From: Lama glama
Lineage: Eukaryota
Direction of reading: 5' to 3'
DNA length: 64,000 bases
NCBI GenBank assembly: GCA_028534125.1
Contig: CM052816.1
Span: forward strand, 89,406,001-89,470,000
Part shown: in pieces, positions 27,152 to 40,792 of the stretch
Layout of the letters: every line of letters begins with the position of its first letter
Numbering within the stretch: position 1 is the first letter of the stretch
Translations under genes and position numbers: made by a program
Notes under the pieces: model-generated
What the model was told of the DNA's origin: nothing
Databases searched by the model: none
Seen by the model: the letters and a program-made list of their open reading frames with translations, nothing else

Positions 27152-29432
27152 TCTAATCAGTACGTATTATGGATATAAGTCTCACGAAAAATATTAGACT
27201 TTGAAATCCTGAAAGATGCTCTTATGGCTTTAGGATAAGAACAATACATAATGTGTTATAATAATTAACTGATTGAATATTAAATATATACTATTGATGA
27301 TAAAATAGTAAATGTTTAATTCATCAAATTGTTATTTTATATAGAAAGCAATGGTTTGATCTATTCTGTACAGACAAAATATGAAATGCTTTGACTCATC
27401 ATAAATACACATTCTTGTTAATTCTACACTTATCACTTGACCCGTGTATCATAGTATTTCTTTGTTTCCATCATTGTCAATTTAGTTTTGGGGGACAAAA
27501 TTATCTTCTCAGAAAAACTAATTGCTAACTTAAAAATAAAAACATATTTTATACAAATGCAACAGATTAAGGAATTGGGATTTAATTCAAAACTTTATTA
27601 AAATTGACAGTTTAAACATTAAAAAATATACTTGTGTGCCAATTCATATTATAACTTTAAACTTAAAGATTTACTTGAGACTGAATTAATTTTTATTTGA
27701 TATATTTTTTCTTCATTTCGCATATCTTCCCCTATCTCCCAACACAAACTTAGACACATGAACTTAGACAAGGGCACAAATAATTCTTTCATTAAATATA
27801 ATGACCATTATAAACTGTTAATGTCCTCAATCTTTCCCAGTTGTGTGCCCTTACTTCTTGTTTGTCTTCCTCCACTCCTATTACAGGTTTTGTGACATTG
27901 AAATATTCTAGGTGTCTTTGGATGCAGAACAATTTGCCAAAAAACATTTTGCTTTTGGGAGACTGATTGAAATCAAAAGATTTTTGGGAAATTAACCTAT
28001 AGCTATTTCTATCTGCTTACAAAACAACTTTTTAAAATTTTTCACTGGTGCCACAAACTCAACATGTTAAAAACAACAGCCATATTACTTCCTGAAATAA
28101 CTTTTTAGTCACGTGTTTTTCATTGGCTGGTGTCATAGTCTATCATCTATTTTCCCAGAGCCGACATTGGAATATATATTTGATTATTCCTTCCATTCAT
28201 CATTTAGGATGGGTCATCAAAACTTAACATCCCTTTTCATGTAAAATCTGTGATGGATAATCTTTGTTTTAATTCTGTTAAAGGACATTATTACATTTTC
28301 CTTAGCTTTTCTTACTAGTGTAATTAAGTTCAACTTGAATTTAGATTCCTTTCTCTCAATCCATTGTGTAGAACAGTACAATATTTTTCCTACTAAATCA
28401 CTGCTCTTTGTATCACATATTCTGTAATAATACTCTATCACTAATTATTTAAAATCTGAAGTTCTATATTATCCAGACATTTCTCAAGTGCTCACCACCA
28501 TAATAATAATTCTCTGAATTATATAATCAAATTTCTTTCTTAGGTTAACTCCCTCACTGTTCCCTAATCCAATACTGCATTTCCATGTGCAAATGATTTC
28601 TATTTTTGGAAGAGTACCCATTTTCACGTTAATGTCCTGATCCATTCTCCCTTTCCATTCATAACTTACATATTTCTTGAGCTTCAAACATATGAAGATC
28701 AACAATTTGCATTTTTAAATGAAAACCTATAATGATGTAATCAATAGCACAGAATTCTATTCTTGTATTCTGCTATTGCCTAACTAGCATAATTGAAAGT
28801 TGCTGATAAGAAGCAGTTATTAAATTATCAGATGTCTTTTAGTCTTCCATCCTACAAAGAATAACATTGGGCACATAGCAACTATATGAATATTAATCAA
28901 TAGTTTTAAACTTAAGTCTTTTTAGGCAATAAAATATAAATATATTTTGGTTATTTGACAATTCATTCCCCACTGTATTACTTTTGTAGAAAAGTTTTTA
29001 CTCCAGAAAACAAAAATGTATCTAACAATTACAGGAGTCTAAAATTGCTTTTACTTATTTTGAGATAGTTTATATAATTTTATAATGTATTATTTCATGC
29101 TGCATAACACATTAATAGTAAATACTGATGATAATAGTAGAATTTCATGTAGATTCTTTCTACAATATTCCTGATACACACTAGTATGGTTCTAAGGTTT
29201 TCTTTTTCTTTTTTAACATTCATCTTTATAAATATGTTGAGAATTCTCTTACAGAAACATTCTCCCAATTATTACCATGATTGTTGTCTACCCTGTGGAA
29301 GTCTTCATGCTCATGTCAAGCCATTCACTCTTTCAAATATATTTATGAATACCCAACTCTATGTCATTCATTCTTTTACATGTGGATATACAGAAAAAAA
29401 TATGATCCTTGCCCTCAAGGACAATTTCAGAA

Positions 29433-29580
29433 ATTCTTCATGCCTTAGTTTCCAGAGCTCTAAAAATGGATGTAATGGTACCAGCCTCAGGTTTCTTTTG
29501 AGAATTGACTGGTTTAATGCAGTGAAGAGTTTAGCATTGTGTCTCATACACAGGATATGTTCAATAAATGCTAGCTTATT
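29433..29580 (+). mobile_element. MIR SINE (3' half)
   Basis: tgccttagtttcc...taaaaatgga...ttcaataaatgctagcttatt. Confidence 0.7.
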
Positions 29581-29612
29581 TCAGAGCAATCTATGATGGT
29601 ATCACTATTTTT

Positions 29613-29698
29613 TTTTAGAAATTAAACTTAAATATAGTTTAATGTGATTTTATTATATTAAAAACATTGTACTGGGAAGGGTCCATTAGCTTTACAAT
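29613..29698 (-). pseudogene. Putative 5'-truncated retrocopy of an unidentified polyadenylated RNA 3' end
   Basis: Flanked by a 16-bp direct repeat tgg(t/c)atcactattttt; on minus it has AATAAA and ATTAAA upstream of a short A-tract. Confidence 0.45.
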
Positions 29699-32600
29699 TG
29701 GCATCACTATTTTTGATGGACATCATAAAAGAGACTCACTGTCAACATATATTTAAATAAAATTCAAAGTATCTTTATATGTAACTTGGGGTTATTTTTA
29801 AAGTTTTTCATCCTTTCAGATATAGTCAGTTTTTCTACCTATGTTGGATTTTGATTTATTGAACCTGGAGTTTCTCTCAGTTTTGCACAGTATACACATT
29901 CGACCAGCTTTCACCTATGTCAACATATTAATCACAAATACAGTAATAACTTTACAGGACTGATGAATCCTCTAAAGCCGTTCTAAATGCTGTTACACAT
30001 TTATCTTGAGTTTCACACTAATTTTCCCATAGAAAATTGGATCTTGAGAGAGAAATTTAGGATATTTTGAGTGTCCCTAAATATTATTTCCTCTGGAACA
30101 AATTTCTTTACTAATTTAAAGGGCTAGTAGAGTGATCATGGCAAATACAGCATTATAATCAAAGTCACTACCTTTTGTGAAGGTTCCACAATATACTGTA
30201 GTTAGATTAATATGTCACGACTTATTGCTTAATGCAAGTTACTTCAGAGAAATAAATTCATTTCTTCAAAATTCTTGCACACTGTTACTTCAATAATTTA
30301 TTCCACTGTGTTGTGTAGACACCTGTCATGTTTGGCATTCATTTTGTAGAATCGATTTTAGGAAATAAACTTGTTAATATATTAATTATAAATATTTATA
30401 AATTCTAAATGTTTTTTTCTCACCAAATCCATGAACTATATGCAAAAGTTAAGATACTGATGTATTTAATAATTTTTTTTCCAATTTTTAAAGTTCCTCT
30501 TATTCAAGGCTAAAGAAAAACTTCCTGAGAAAGAATATCATCCTGTGACATAGAATTTCAATCCTCAAAACATTTCACATGAAATATTAATACACTTATT
30601 GAAAATGAATAAAATGAAAAATAAATTGAGAATTAGAGTTAAAGAATGTTAAATAGGTTTACACAGTACAAGACTTATCAATGCCTTTAGTATGTAACAT
30701 GGTGAAGCAGTCCAGAGGGAGGTGGTCGCTCCCATTTTCTTACTCATCAAACATCACTCATTAAAAATTATGTTATTTTCTTTCCTTTAGAGATTATCAG
30801 TCAAGCTTGGTTTTCTCCCAAATCCACTGGAAAAATTTTGGCTTCAAAGAGTCTTAGATTAAACTTGCTCCCAAGGTCACTCTAGCAGGCTAAGAATTTA
30901 AGATTTAGGTGTAGGACTCAAAATCAAATTAACTCTTTCAATCAATGTCTATATACTTAAAAGGACTTTATCATTCTTATAAAACTTTAAGGTACAGAGA
31001 ATGATCAAGTTCATATTTATTTGTAAATATCAGATATAACCAATACATGTTTTGTATATTGTGAAATATTGCAAAAGTAAAATTGTACATTATAATTTTG
31101 CAGGAAGATAGAACCATTTTATTTCCTCACTAAGGCAATTTCCTCTGATTAAATTCTGTCATTATTTCAAAGAACCCAAAAATGCCCAAATGGCCATTAG
31201 CGATATAAAAGGAAATGTTTTTGAAAGCATTAATTTTGTTAGTTTTAATGCACAGTTGCATTATTGTAATATGTAAATATCTGCAAGAAAAAAACCCACA
31301 AAGCTGTTAGATGAGTACTTTAGTGTAATTTCCAGCTTTAGAATAATTTCCAGAGTTTTAGGTGACCTTTTCTCATCAATGTTACAACAAAATAGGGAAT
31401 TAAAGTAGATACATTCATGCTGCTAATTTTTGTACCAATTTCCTCAAGTCCTCTTTGTTCATTTTGCATTGTTTCTAAAATTATACCATCTAGATAAATC
31501 TACCTACTTATTATTCTCACATACATAGTATTTTATTTTTTAAGGACATGAACGCATGGATGCAATATGCTATAATTTTCAATACAGCTATATCTTTTTT
31601 CCTGCACATTTTGCTTTAATTTCCCACACTATACATGTCATGAGTAAAACAAAAGCTCTTTATAAATGCACAAATAGGGAAAAATAGGACAGATACAATA
31701 GTACGCCATTTACTGCTCATCACACTGTTATGAATTATACAGGAAAGGTGGAACGGATAGTTATTAGAAAAGGCATTTTAAGTATTTTATTAGACAGGAT
31801 GTGGGACCCCAAGCTTCTCAGACTAAAGCATGGAGATAATACAAGCTGTGCAATTATGTAGGTTTCAGGTGATAAACTACATATCTATGACATTGAAGCA
31901 TAAAGTCACAGCAAGAATTCTTGTATGGTGATATTTACCTCCATTACGCACAGTAAGAAACAGCACACTGGGAGACTAGATGACCCATTTGTTGTTCTTT
32001 TTTTCCTCAGAATATCTGTGTGGCATTTCATCACACCACTGTTCAAATGGGTAGCATATGCTAGCTTGAAATAAATGCCAGCATATCAAGATGAATTGTA
32101 AAGTCTCAATGGCATCTTGAATATTCTGGGTAAATGCTTAGATATATTTTCATGTGAAGTATGACCAATTTTTACAACATGCTCCCTTGTATGAGAAACA
32201 TCTGTAAGATGGTATACACACACACAAAAAAGTGCAAAATAAATCAGTGAAAAATGTAAGCCAAAGTGGTGACTACTTTTTATTACCTCTCATATATTTT
32301 CAGTTATCCACTGGGCATAGGAATCTCAGTGCACGTGAATTTGAATTTGAACTGAGACATGTTTAATATGAATTATTTTGTTCTCCCAAGGTGAAATATA
32401 AATGAAAAAGCTGACTTGTATCATGCCCTTTGGGCTTGGCTTGCTACAAATCTGCAGTCTAGACCCAGCTTCTAAAAGGTTGGTGGGGTGGACAGTGTCA
32501 AGCATTAGGTGACCCCTAAACACAAGGGAGGAAAGCAGAGGGTCAGTTCATTACTCATTGCCCATCTGAGCTTGAGTGCATGTGAGTCAAGCTCTTAGAA

Positions 32601-33315
32601 AGGTCTTCTTTCTCCTTGTAGAATCCTTCTCATCTCCAAAATATGGCATTACTTTTGGTAACATTCTTTTCTTCCCAACCCCATCCTATGGGTCATTCTG
32701 TGTATTTTTATCTTATTTTACATGTCTTTCTAAAAATGTAACTACCAACATTTGCATTTGCATTTGCATTTACTAATTAACTTTTTAAAGTTTATTTTCT
32801 CACCAGTTTTGTTGAAAGGAAAATAACTAAAAAATAGAAGAACCTTACATATTATTTCGTTTTAAAAGAATTATCCTTCAGTCTACCAACTACCTTTTAT
32901 ACATGTAACAGATTTTATTTCTTTTTTGATTTCCAAGTAGACTAAGGGATGCTATAAGCTATCATTCATACTTTGTCTTTTTTACAAAAGTACCTTAATA
33001 ATTAGAATTTGTTCAAGAACCTCAGTTCTTTTACGATCTTAAAGTAACTGGTATATAATGTGTTTGGTGGACATAATTGAAAACTAAAAAGTAAAAGGAA
33101 ATTTAGAAGATTAGAAAATAATGTTCAAATTAAATAGATATGCAAATATAATAGTAACTTTTCTTTCAAGGCCTAAAGGATAATTATATAGTCAATATGC
33201 TTGGCACAATTCCTACTGTTTTGTTTGTGCTTTTTGTTTAAATTTTTTTGTCCTCCCACAGGAAGTGAGGTTTGCATCCTCAATCCCCCTCTTCCTTTTC
33301 ACCATTATTCTATTA

Positions 33316-33910
33316 GTATTAGTTTTCTTTGACTGTTTAACAAATTGCCACACCCGAAGAGGCCTGAAACAGTAACAGTGTGTTATCTCACAGATCTGCA
33401 GCTCAGGATTCGAGGTGGGCTACCCTGGGTTGTCGGATGAAATCCAGGTGTCAGTTGACTTGGTCTTTATTTTTATCCGGGGCTCAGGGCCTCTGCAGGG
33501 GAGCTCTTTCACGTTGTTGGCAGAACCTGGTTCCAGGCAGTTGCAGGACTGAAGTCCCTGTTTTCTTGCTGCTGTCGGGGCGGGTCATTCTCATCTCTAA
33601 GAGGCTGCTCTCAGGTCCTTCCATTTGAAAATGCCCCCTCACTCATCAAATCCAGCAACACAATACCTCTCTTTTGTCAAGGCTTTCTTGACTTCAAAAC
33701 TCTGTTTGGCTCCAGCTATCAGTTAGAGAAAACTCTCTCTGCTTTTAAAGGGATGGGGCGATCAAGTGAGGCCCACCTGGATAGTCTTCCTATCAGAAGG
33801 TCAAATGCTTGGTAACCTTAGTTTCACCTGCAAAGCTCTTTACAGTGTAAATAAAGCAATCACAAGAATAACACTCAGGAGCAAAGGCCATGTTGACCAT
33901 CTTAGAAAAC
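33316..33910 (-). mobile_element. MLT1E-family MaLR LTR
   Basis: gtattagttttc...aacaaattgccac; gttgttggcagaa...ttgcaggactgaagtccctgttttcttgct; gaaaactctctctgcttttaaaggg. Confidence 0.8.
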
Positions 33911-34324
33911 CAGTTATTTTCCCAAGTCCGAAATTTCAAAACACTCTCCCTTTTCAGCCTCTGACCCATTCCTTCCTCCTCTAATCCAAATATGTTTAAT
34001 ATATGCATGTTTAATTTATTTCAAGAAAAATTATCCAAAGAGGAATTAAATTAATGTATTCCCACCTAGAGAAAATACTCAGGGGCTATATATATATCTC
34101 AAATGTGTGAATTCCTAATAAACATTTAAAATATTATGACTGCTCAATATAGTTAAATAAATAGTTTAAATTTTTTCATTATAGCATTTAAAATAATTAA
34201 GAAAATATTTTTAAACTTTAATTAATAAGTGGTAAAGTAACAGAATCATAAAATATCATATTTTTTTCCTCTTTAAAAAAAAATCCCTCATTTTCTATTT
34301 AATGTCCCATTACAAGCTAGGGAC

Positions 34325-34785
34325 AAAACTGTTTTCAAAGGGTGGACATTTTAAATTTTGATGCACATTTTACTATTTTTTCTCATATGAATTATAATTC
34401 TGGTATTACATCTAAGACATTTTTCCTAACCAAAGTTAAAAAAGACTTTCTTCCTTGAATTCTATTAAAGTTTTGTAGTTTTAGTCTTTAGCTATAGGTT
34501 TATGACCTCATAATTTCATTCTATTCACATTTTGCTCATTTTTTGATTATTAACTGACATTGAATTTGATCAAATGCTATTTCTCCATCTATGGAGAGGA
34601 CTGTATTGATTTTCTTTGTTTAGTCTTTCAGTATATAGATGATTCTATCAATCATGATTCACACTGGTTAATTTTCAAATGTTGTGCTATCCTTGTATTC
34701 CCAGTTAAAACTCCATTTGGTCATGATGATTCTTTTTATATAGTGTTCTATATAGTTTGCTAATATTTTACTGAATACAAAAAAT
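34325..34785 (-). mobile_element. Old L1 ORF2 remnants
   Basis: ttttaaattttgatg..., ttgaatttgatcaaatgctatttctccatctatggaga, aactccatttggtcatgatg. Confidence 0.6.
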
Positions 34786-35369
34786 TTACTTATATTTTGT
34801 ACTGTTTATTAATAGCAACTTTATAATTATTATAATGTATATATTACATAAATATTAATTATTACCACCCTGGGTGGTTCCTGTATTGCAAACAGTTTCC
34901 AGATAGCTTGTATACTTTATATGAGTAAATATTACTGAAAGCTTGGAAAATAAATATTTTATTCTCCTTTTAGAATTTGGGAAACTAAATCATATTATGA
35001 AACTTTCCCAGAAACACAGCTTTTAACCTGTTTACCCGAGTCAATGTTGCTGTAAGTTACCTCCTTGACAAACATGAGGGATAACACAAAACTTTCATGT
35101 GTTTGACATGACATATATATGCTGTCATTGTTCGACTGGAAGAATATATAATCTTTAAAGTTCCTAAACTGCATATAAAAATGATCATATCTGTATAAAC
35201 AAATGCAAACATAGATGCTGCATTTCAGTACAAGAAAACTGAATAAAGCAATAGCAAAGAAATAACTTTCATGCAGGAAAGTAATCCTATATGAATTTGG
35301 AAATATTTGCAATAGTAGCCTCAGTTTTGATGAAGGAAATTCTCTAGTGATCAGACTGACTAATTCTGG

Positions 35370-35657
35370 ATACAAAGCATCCTCAGTTCCCTCCAGCATC
35401 ATTAATCCCTGGTGAGGTGTTTTATACGAGGGATAAGAGTAGGAGGCCCTCCTGTTCAAAATCTCAGCTGGCAGGCACACAATCCCTGAGGGCAAACTGC
35501 AAACTTTCTGTTAAGAATTAGAAAAGACCAACTCCTGCAGGGGAAATTGCTATTCCTTGCCTCCTCCCAGGAACAGGAGCTTCCCCAAGTAAGAATAGTT
35601 AATGATTTTCAGCTTATTTCAAAGCACAATTCTCTTGAAAATAGAGAAGATGTTTCA
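35370..35657. mobile_element. Possible ERV LTR fragment
   Basis: GC-richer island ending tgtttca; family not recognised. Confidence 0.25.
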
Positions 35658-36509
35658 TTGAAATGAATGATACTTTGTTTTTCAGTTGGAAAAGACATTT
35701 AAAGATGATTCAACAAAACTAAAACTTTTAGATCAATATTTTTAAACTTCACAGTATTTACAAGAAATGGAAACCTTTACATTTCTTTAGAGACTGTGGG
35801 TTGCAATTAGCATTAAATGTCTAAATATATTTATTAAAACAAATTGATAGATAGTTCTTCTATAAATTTCAAATTGTATTTAAAATAATCTCTTAAAAAC
35901 AATATTATTTCTAAGAGTATGTGAATAATTTATAAGGCTTTTATATGAAGGTATTAATGATACCAAGCCTTGATTGTGGGTTTTATTTTTCAAAGTTTTA
36001 TTTGAAGAGTTAATATTATTGAAAAAACTGTGATCTCTTTTCTTTTTTTACGTATAGTACAGATTAATTTACTTTTAAATGTATCATTTTTCTTTTTAAT
36101 TGATATTCTAATATGGTATTATTTCTAATTACAAGTTATAAGTTATTATTTTTCCTTGTTTGATACATTCCCTCCCAAGTAAAAAGCTCATAGATATGCT
36201 TATAGATTTTAATCTCTAGTTAGGTAGCAAATGAAATATTGATGACACAAGAGAGCACAGCTTCAATTATCTAAATTCTGATCTAGTTTTTATACATTTC
36301 TCAAAAAAAGACTATTGCTGTCACATCCTTGACTTTTAATATGTTGTGTATCCTTCAAGGTCTAAGACTGATGCTAATTTCTCCAAACCTCACAATATTA
36401 TTTGTCTTGCCTGTTCATCCACATACCATGTTGTTTGCATTTCTACCGTTGTAATCATCTTAGCCCTACTTACTAGAAGCTAGCTGTATGCATAAATGCA
36501 GTTCCCTGC

Positions 36510-36511
<2 letters not shown>

Positions 36512-36540
<29 letters not shown>
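36512..36540. repeat. Perfect (CA)14 microsatellite
   Basis: Directly visible. Confidence 0.95.
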
Positions 36541-36542
<2 letters not shown>

Positions 36543-36557
36543 CTAAATTGGCATCTA

Positions 36558-39500
36558 TCTTTTTTTAGCTTTATTGAGATAATTGACACATAACATCGTG
36601 TAAAGTTTAAGTTGTACGTCATGATGACTTAATATGCTTGTATATTGACAAATGATTACCACAGTAGGGTTAGTTAGTACTTCCATCATCTCAATTAATT
36701 ACTGTTTCTTTTCTGTGGTGAGATCATTCAAGATCTACTCTCTTAGCAATAATTAAGTACAGAATACTGTATTGTTAACTACAGTCAACATGACGTACAA
36801 AAGATCCCCAGACTTGTTAATCTTACAGCTGGAAATGTATACCCTTTGATTGACATCTCCCCATTTCCTCCACCCTCCATCTTCTGACATCTACTCTCTG
36901 TTTCTATGTGTTGGCGTTCTTAGGTTTCTCAAGCATGTGATATCATAGGTTATTTGCCTTCTCTGTCTGATTTGTTTCACTTAACATAACATTACCTTCC
37001 TAAGTTTTGTCTATATTGTCAAAAATGTCAGGATTTCCTTCTTTTTCATGGCTGAATAATACTCCAGTGTGTGTGTGTATGTGTGTACCACATCGTCTTT
37101 AATCATTCATCTGTAGATGGACACTTAGGTTGTTCATCTTGGCTATTGTGAATAATACTGTACTGAACATGTTTTTGAGATTCTGATTTCATTTAATTTG
37201 CATGTATACCCAGAAGTGAAATTGCTGGATCATGTGGTGGTTCTATTTGTAATTTTTTGAGTAATATTTCGAATACTGTTTCACAGTGATTGTATATTCC
37301 CACCAGCATTGCATAAGAGTTCTGTTTTCTCCACACCCTCACCAGTACTTGACATCTCTTATCTTTTTGATGACAGCCATTGTAACAGTTGCAAAGTGAT
37401 ATGTCATTGTGGTCTTAATTTGCATTTTTGATGATTAGTGATGTTGAGCATCTCTTCATGTACCTGATGACCATTTCTATGTCTTCTTTAGAAAAATGCC
37501 TATTCAGTTCCTCTAGACATTTTGTTTAGGATTGTTTGTCTTTTTGCAATTGAATTGCATGAATTCTTTAATATTTTAAATACTAACTCTATATAAGATA
37601 TTTGCTTTGCAAATATTTTCTCCCATTCTGTAGGTTGCTTTTTCTTTTTGTTGAATGTTTCTTTTGCTATGCAGAAGCTTTCTTAGTTGATGTAATCCCT
37701 CATTAATTTTTGCTTTTGTTTCTTGTGCTGTTCGTGTCTTACCCTAACCATCACTGCCAAGATCAATGTCTAGGAGTTTTTCCTCTGTTTTCTTCTAGAA
37801 GTTTTATGGTTTCAGGTTTTATGTTTAAGTCATTAATCCATTTTGATTTAATTTATATGAATGGTGGAAGATAAAAGTACTATTTCATCATTCTGCATAC
37901 AATTATACAGTTTCCACAGTACGATTTATTGAAGAGATTATCCTTTCCCCATTGAGAATTCTTGGCTCTCTTGTCAAATATTAGTTTACGTTTGGTGCAA
38001 GAGTTTATTTTGGGGGATCTTGATTCTGTTTCTTGGGCTATACATCTATGTCTATATCAGCACCATACTGTTTTGATTAGTATAATTTTGTAATAAAGTT
38101 TTATGAAGAAGTATATTGCCTTCATCTTTGTTCAGGATTGGTTTGGTAATTCCATATGAATGTTATGAGTGTTTTTCCTGTATCTGTGATAGATGACATT
38201 GAGAATTTGATAGACATTTCATTGAATCTTTATTTTAAAAATATTAATTCTTTCAGCACATGAGCCCTGAATATCTTTTCATTTATTTGTGTCTTCTTCA
38301 GTTCTTTCATTCATGTTTTATACTTTTCCTTTTAAAGATTTTTCACCTCCTTGGTTAAATTTACTCCCAAGTGTTTTGTGTTTTTGATCTATTGTGAGTG
38401 GGATTGCTTTCTTTCTTTCTTTTTCAGATATTTTATTGTTAGTGTATAGAAATGCAACTGATTTCTGTGTGCTGACTTTATATCCTATCATTTTACTGAA
38501 TTTGTTCATTAGTCCTAATAGTTTTTTAGTGAAGTCTTTAGGATTTTCCATTTGCAAGATCATATCATCTGGAAGCAAACACAATTTTACTTAATTTTTA
38601 TCAAGTTGGATGCATTTTATTTATTTATTTTTTTCTTGCCTGTTTGTTCTGAGTAGGACTTTTAGTACTAAGTGTAATAAAAGTGGTGAGAGTGAGTATT
38701 CTTGTCTTGTTCCTGATCTTACAGGCACAGCATTCAGCCTTTCATCATGATGTTAGCTGTGACCTATCATTTCTTGTAAGGCAGTTTTGTTGGTGAATTT
38801 CCTCAGCTTTTTCTTTGCTAAGAAAGGCCTTAAGTCCCCTTTATTTGTGAAGGACAGCTTTGCAAGGTAGAGTATTTTTCACTTGGCAGCTTTTTTCTTT
38901 CAGCAATTTGAATATATCACCTCAGTCTTTCCTGGCCTGTAAGAATCTCCTGAGAATCTGCTAATACTGTTTTCCTGTTAAGTTACAAGCTTCTTTTTCT
39001 TTAAATCTCTCTTTATGTTTGATTTTTGACAGTTTTATTATAGTGTGTCTTGAAGCAAATCTCTTCAACTTACATTTTTTGTTACCTATGACCTTCATGA
39101 ATTCCATTATCCAAATCTCTATGTATTTGAGAGTTCTCAGCCATTATTTCTTTAAATAAGTTTTCCAACCCGTTCTCCCTTTCTCCAACATTTTGATGAT
39201 TGTTTCTTTGAGGTTATTCGATACATCCCATAAGCTTTCTTTCCTCTTTCATTATTTCTTTGTTCTCCAATTACTTGATAATTTCAAAGCTCTTGTCCTC
39301 TAATTCACAGATTTTTAAACTCTTCTTGATCCATTCTGCTGTTGATTTTCTCTATTGCATTTTTCATTTTATTATGTTCTTTACTAGCACCAGAATTTCT
39401 TTCTTTTTTGTGATTTCTAGTTCTTGGCTAAACTTCTAATTTTGTTCATGGACTGTTTTCCAGATTTTACTGAATTGCCTATATTTTCTTGAAGCTAATT

Positions 39501-40792
39501 TAATGTCTTTAAAACAGCAATTTTGAATTCTTTATTGGGTAAATTGCAGCTGTTCATGTTTTTGGGGTGACGTATTGGAAGAAAACTGTGATCCTTTGGT
39601 GGTGTCCTTGTTTCCTTGATTTCTCCTATTTCTTGAAACCTTGAGGTGCTGCCTTTGCATTTGCAGTAGTGATTAACCCCTCCAGTCTTTGCTGATTGAC
39701 TCCGGGAAAGACATACCTTCTGTCAACCCTGGCGGGGGGTCCAGATTCCGAGGCTTTCTCAGACTTGCTTCAGGCTTCTTGCTCCCCCTTGTGGCAAAAT
39801 TCTTTAATTTGTATGCCTTCTCTTATCATGCAACACATCTGGCCAAAAATCTGACAGCCTCTTTTTTCTTTCTCAAGAGTGCCCTAAAGCTCAACTCTGT
39901 GGTCACTTCCTGACCAATGTATTTAGGCAAGCTTTATGCAGGTGGTCACCAGTCATCTGCCAATGCTCACTCTTGACACTTTCATGGGTGTGCACAGAGA
40001 GTCAGCCACACTGTAGGGGTGGGAGGGGGGTGAGATGTGTAGTGCTGGGGGTGCCTATGGGCCATTTGATGGAATCTGCAGACAAACATGCCCAGTGGCT
40101 CATGGGCTGGCTTCTTGATGAAGCCTGTGATGCATTAAGTAGAATCCTGTCCCTTTAATGCTCTCTGACAGTCCTCTCTGCTGCTCTTCCCTCCCCTATT
40201 CGTGCAATTCAAGTCTCAGTATTCTGAGTGGAGGGAGAGGTATCTGAGTCTCTTTGACAGTGTCCCACACAACTGGGGTGGCCAGGCACTCACTCACATG
40301 CTCCCACTTTTCCCCAAGGGTAAATCACAGGTCGAGAAGGTCTCCCTTAACACTAAGCTGTGCCGTCCCGGGGGAGGGTGACCCAGGTAAAGTCAAACAG
40401 CTCCTCTGTCCTCTCCAATGTGTCCAAACTCATGTTTTTGTTCCAGTGATGTACTGGAACTAATGTGCTGCAAACCGGAACTTCCACGTAGATTCTCAGC
40501 CATGGGTGATTATCCAAGAGACTATTCTCCGGAGGCTCCCAGACAGTGGCTGAGAGGGGCTGGAGCCAGTTCTTTGGCCACTTCAGGGTCCATAGCTGTG
40601 ACTGAGCTTTGTGTGCCTATTACCCAAGGCTCAGGTAGGCCAAACTCCTCCCAGATCCCTTGGCATATGGCGCTGGATCCCATCGTTACCACCAAGGCGT
40701 CTTCGTCCAAGGATGGACGCCAAACTGTTGGTGCTGAGGAGGGATACTAACTATGAGGGGTGTCTCATCAACCATGTTGCTGATGTCGCTCC
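36558..40792 (-). mobile_element. L1MA9-like LINE-1 with 5'UTR, ORF1, 3' half of ORF2 and 3'UTR; large internal deletion; defective
   Basis: ORF 38318-38584(-) LPDDMILQMENPKDFTKKLLGLMNKFSKMIGYKVSTQKSVAFLYTNN corresponds to the L1 RT FADD region. ORF1-like sequence ~38770-39660. GC-rich 5'UTR ends on minus as ggagcgacatcagcaacatgg, like the L1M start gagtgacgtcagcaagatgg. T-tract 3' end at ~36560. Confidence 0.9.

Noticed and set aside
34995..35495. Longest ORF (166 aa, minus)
   Set aside because: Spans repeat-like and unique DNA, non-ATG start, no protein-like features.
38318..38584. Reverse-transcriptase-like ORF
   Set aside because: Decayed L1 ORF2 fragment (FADD changed to LPDD) surrounded by stops and frameshifts; not a functional or novel RT system.
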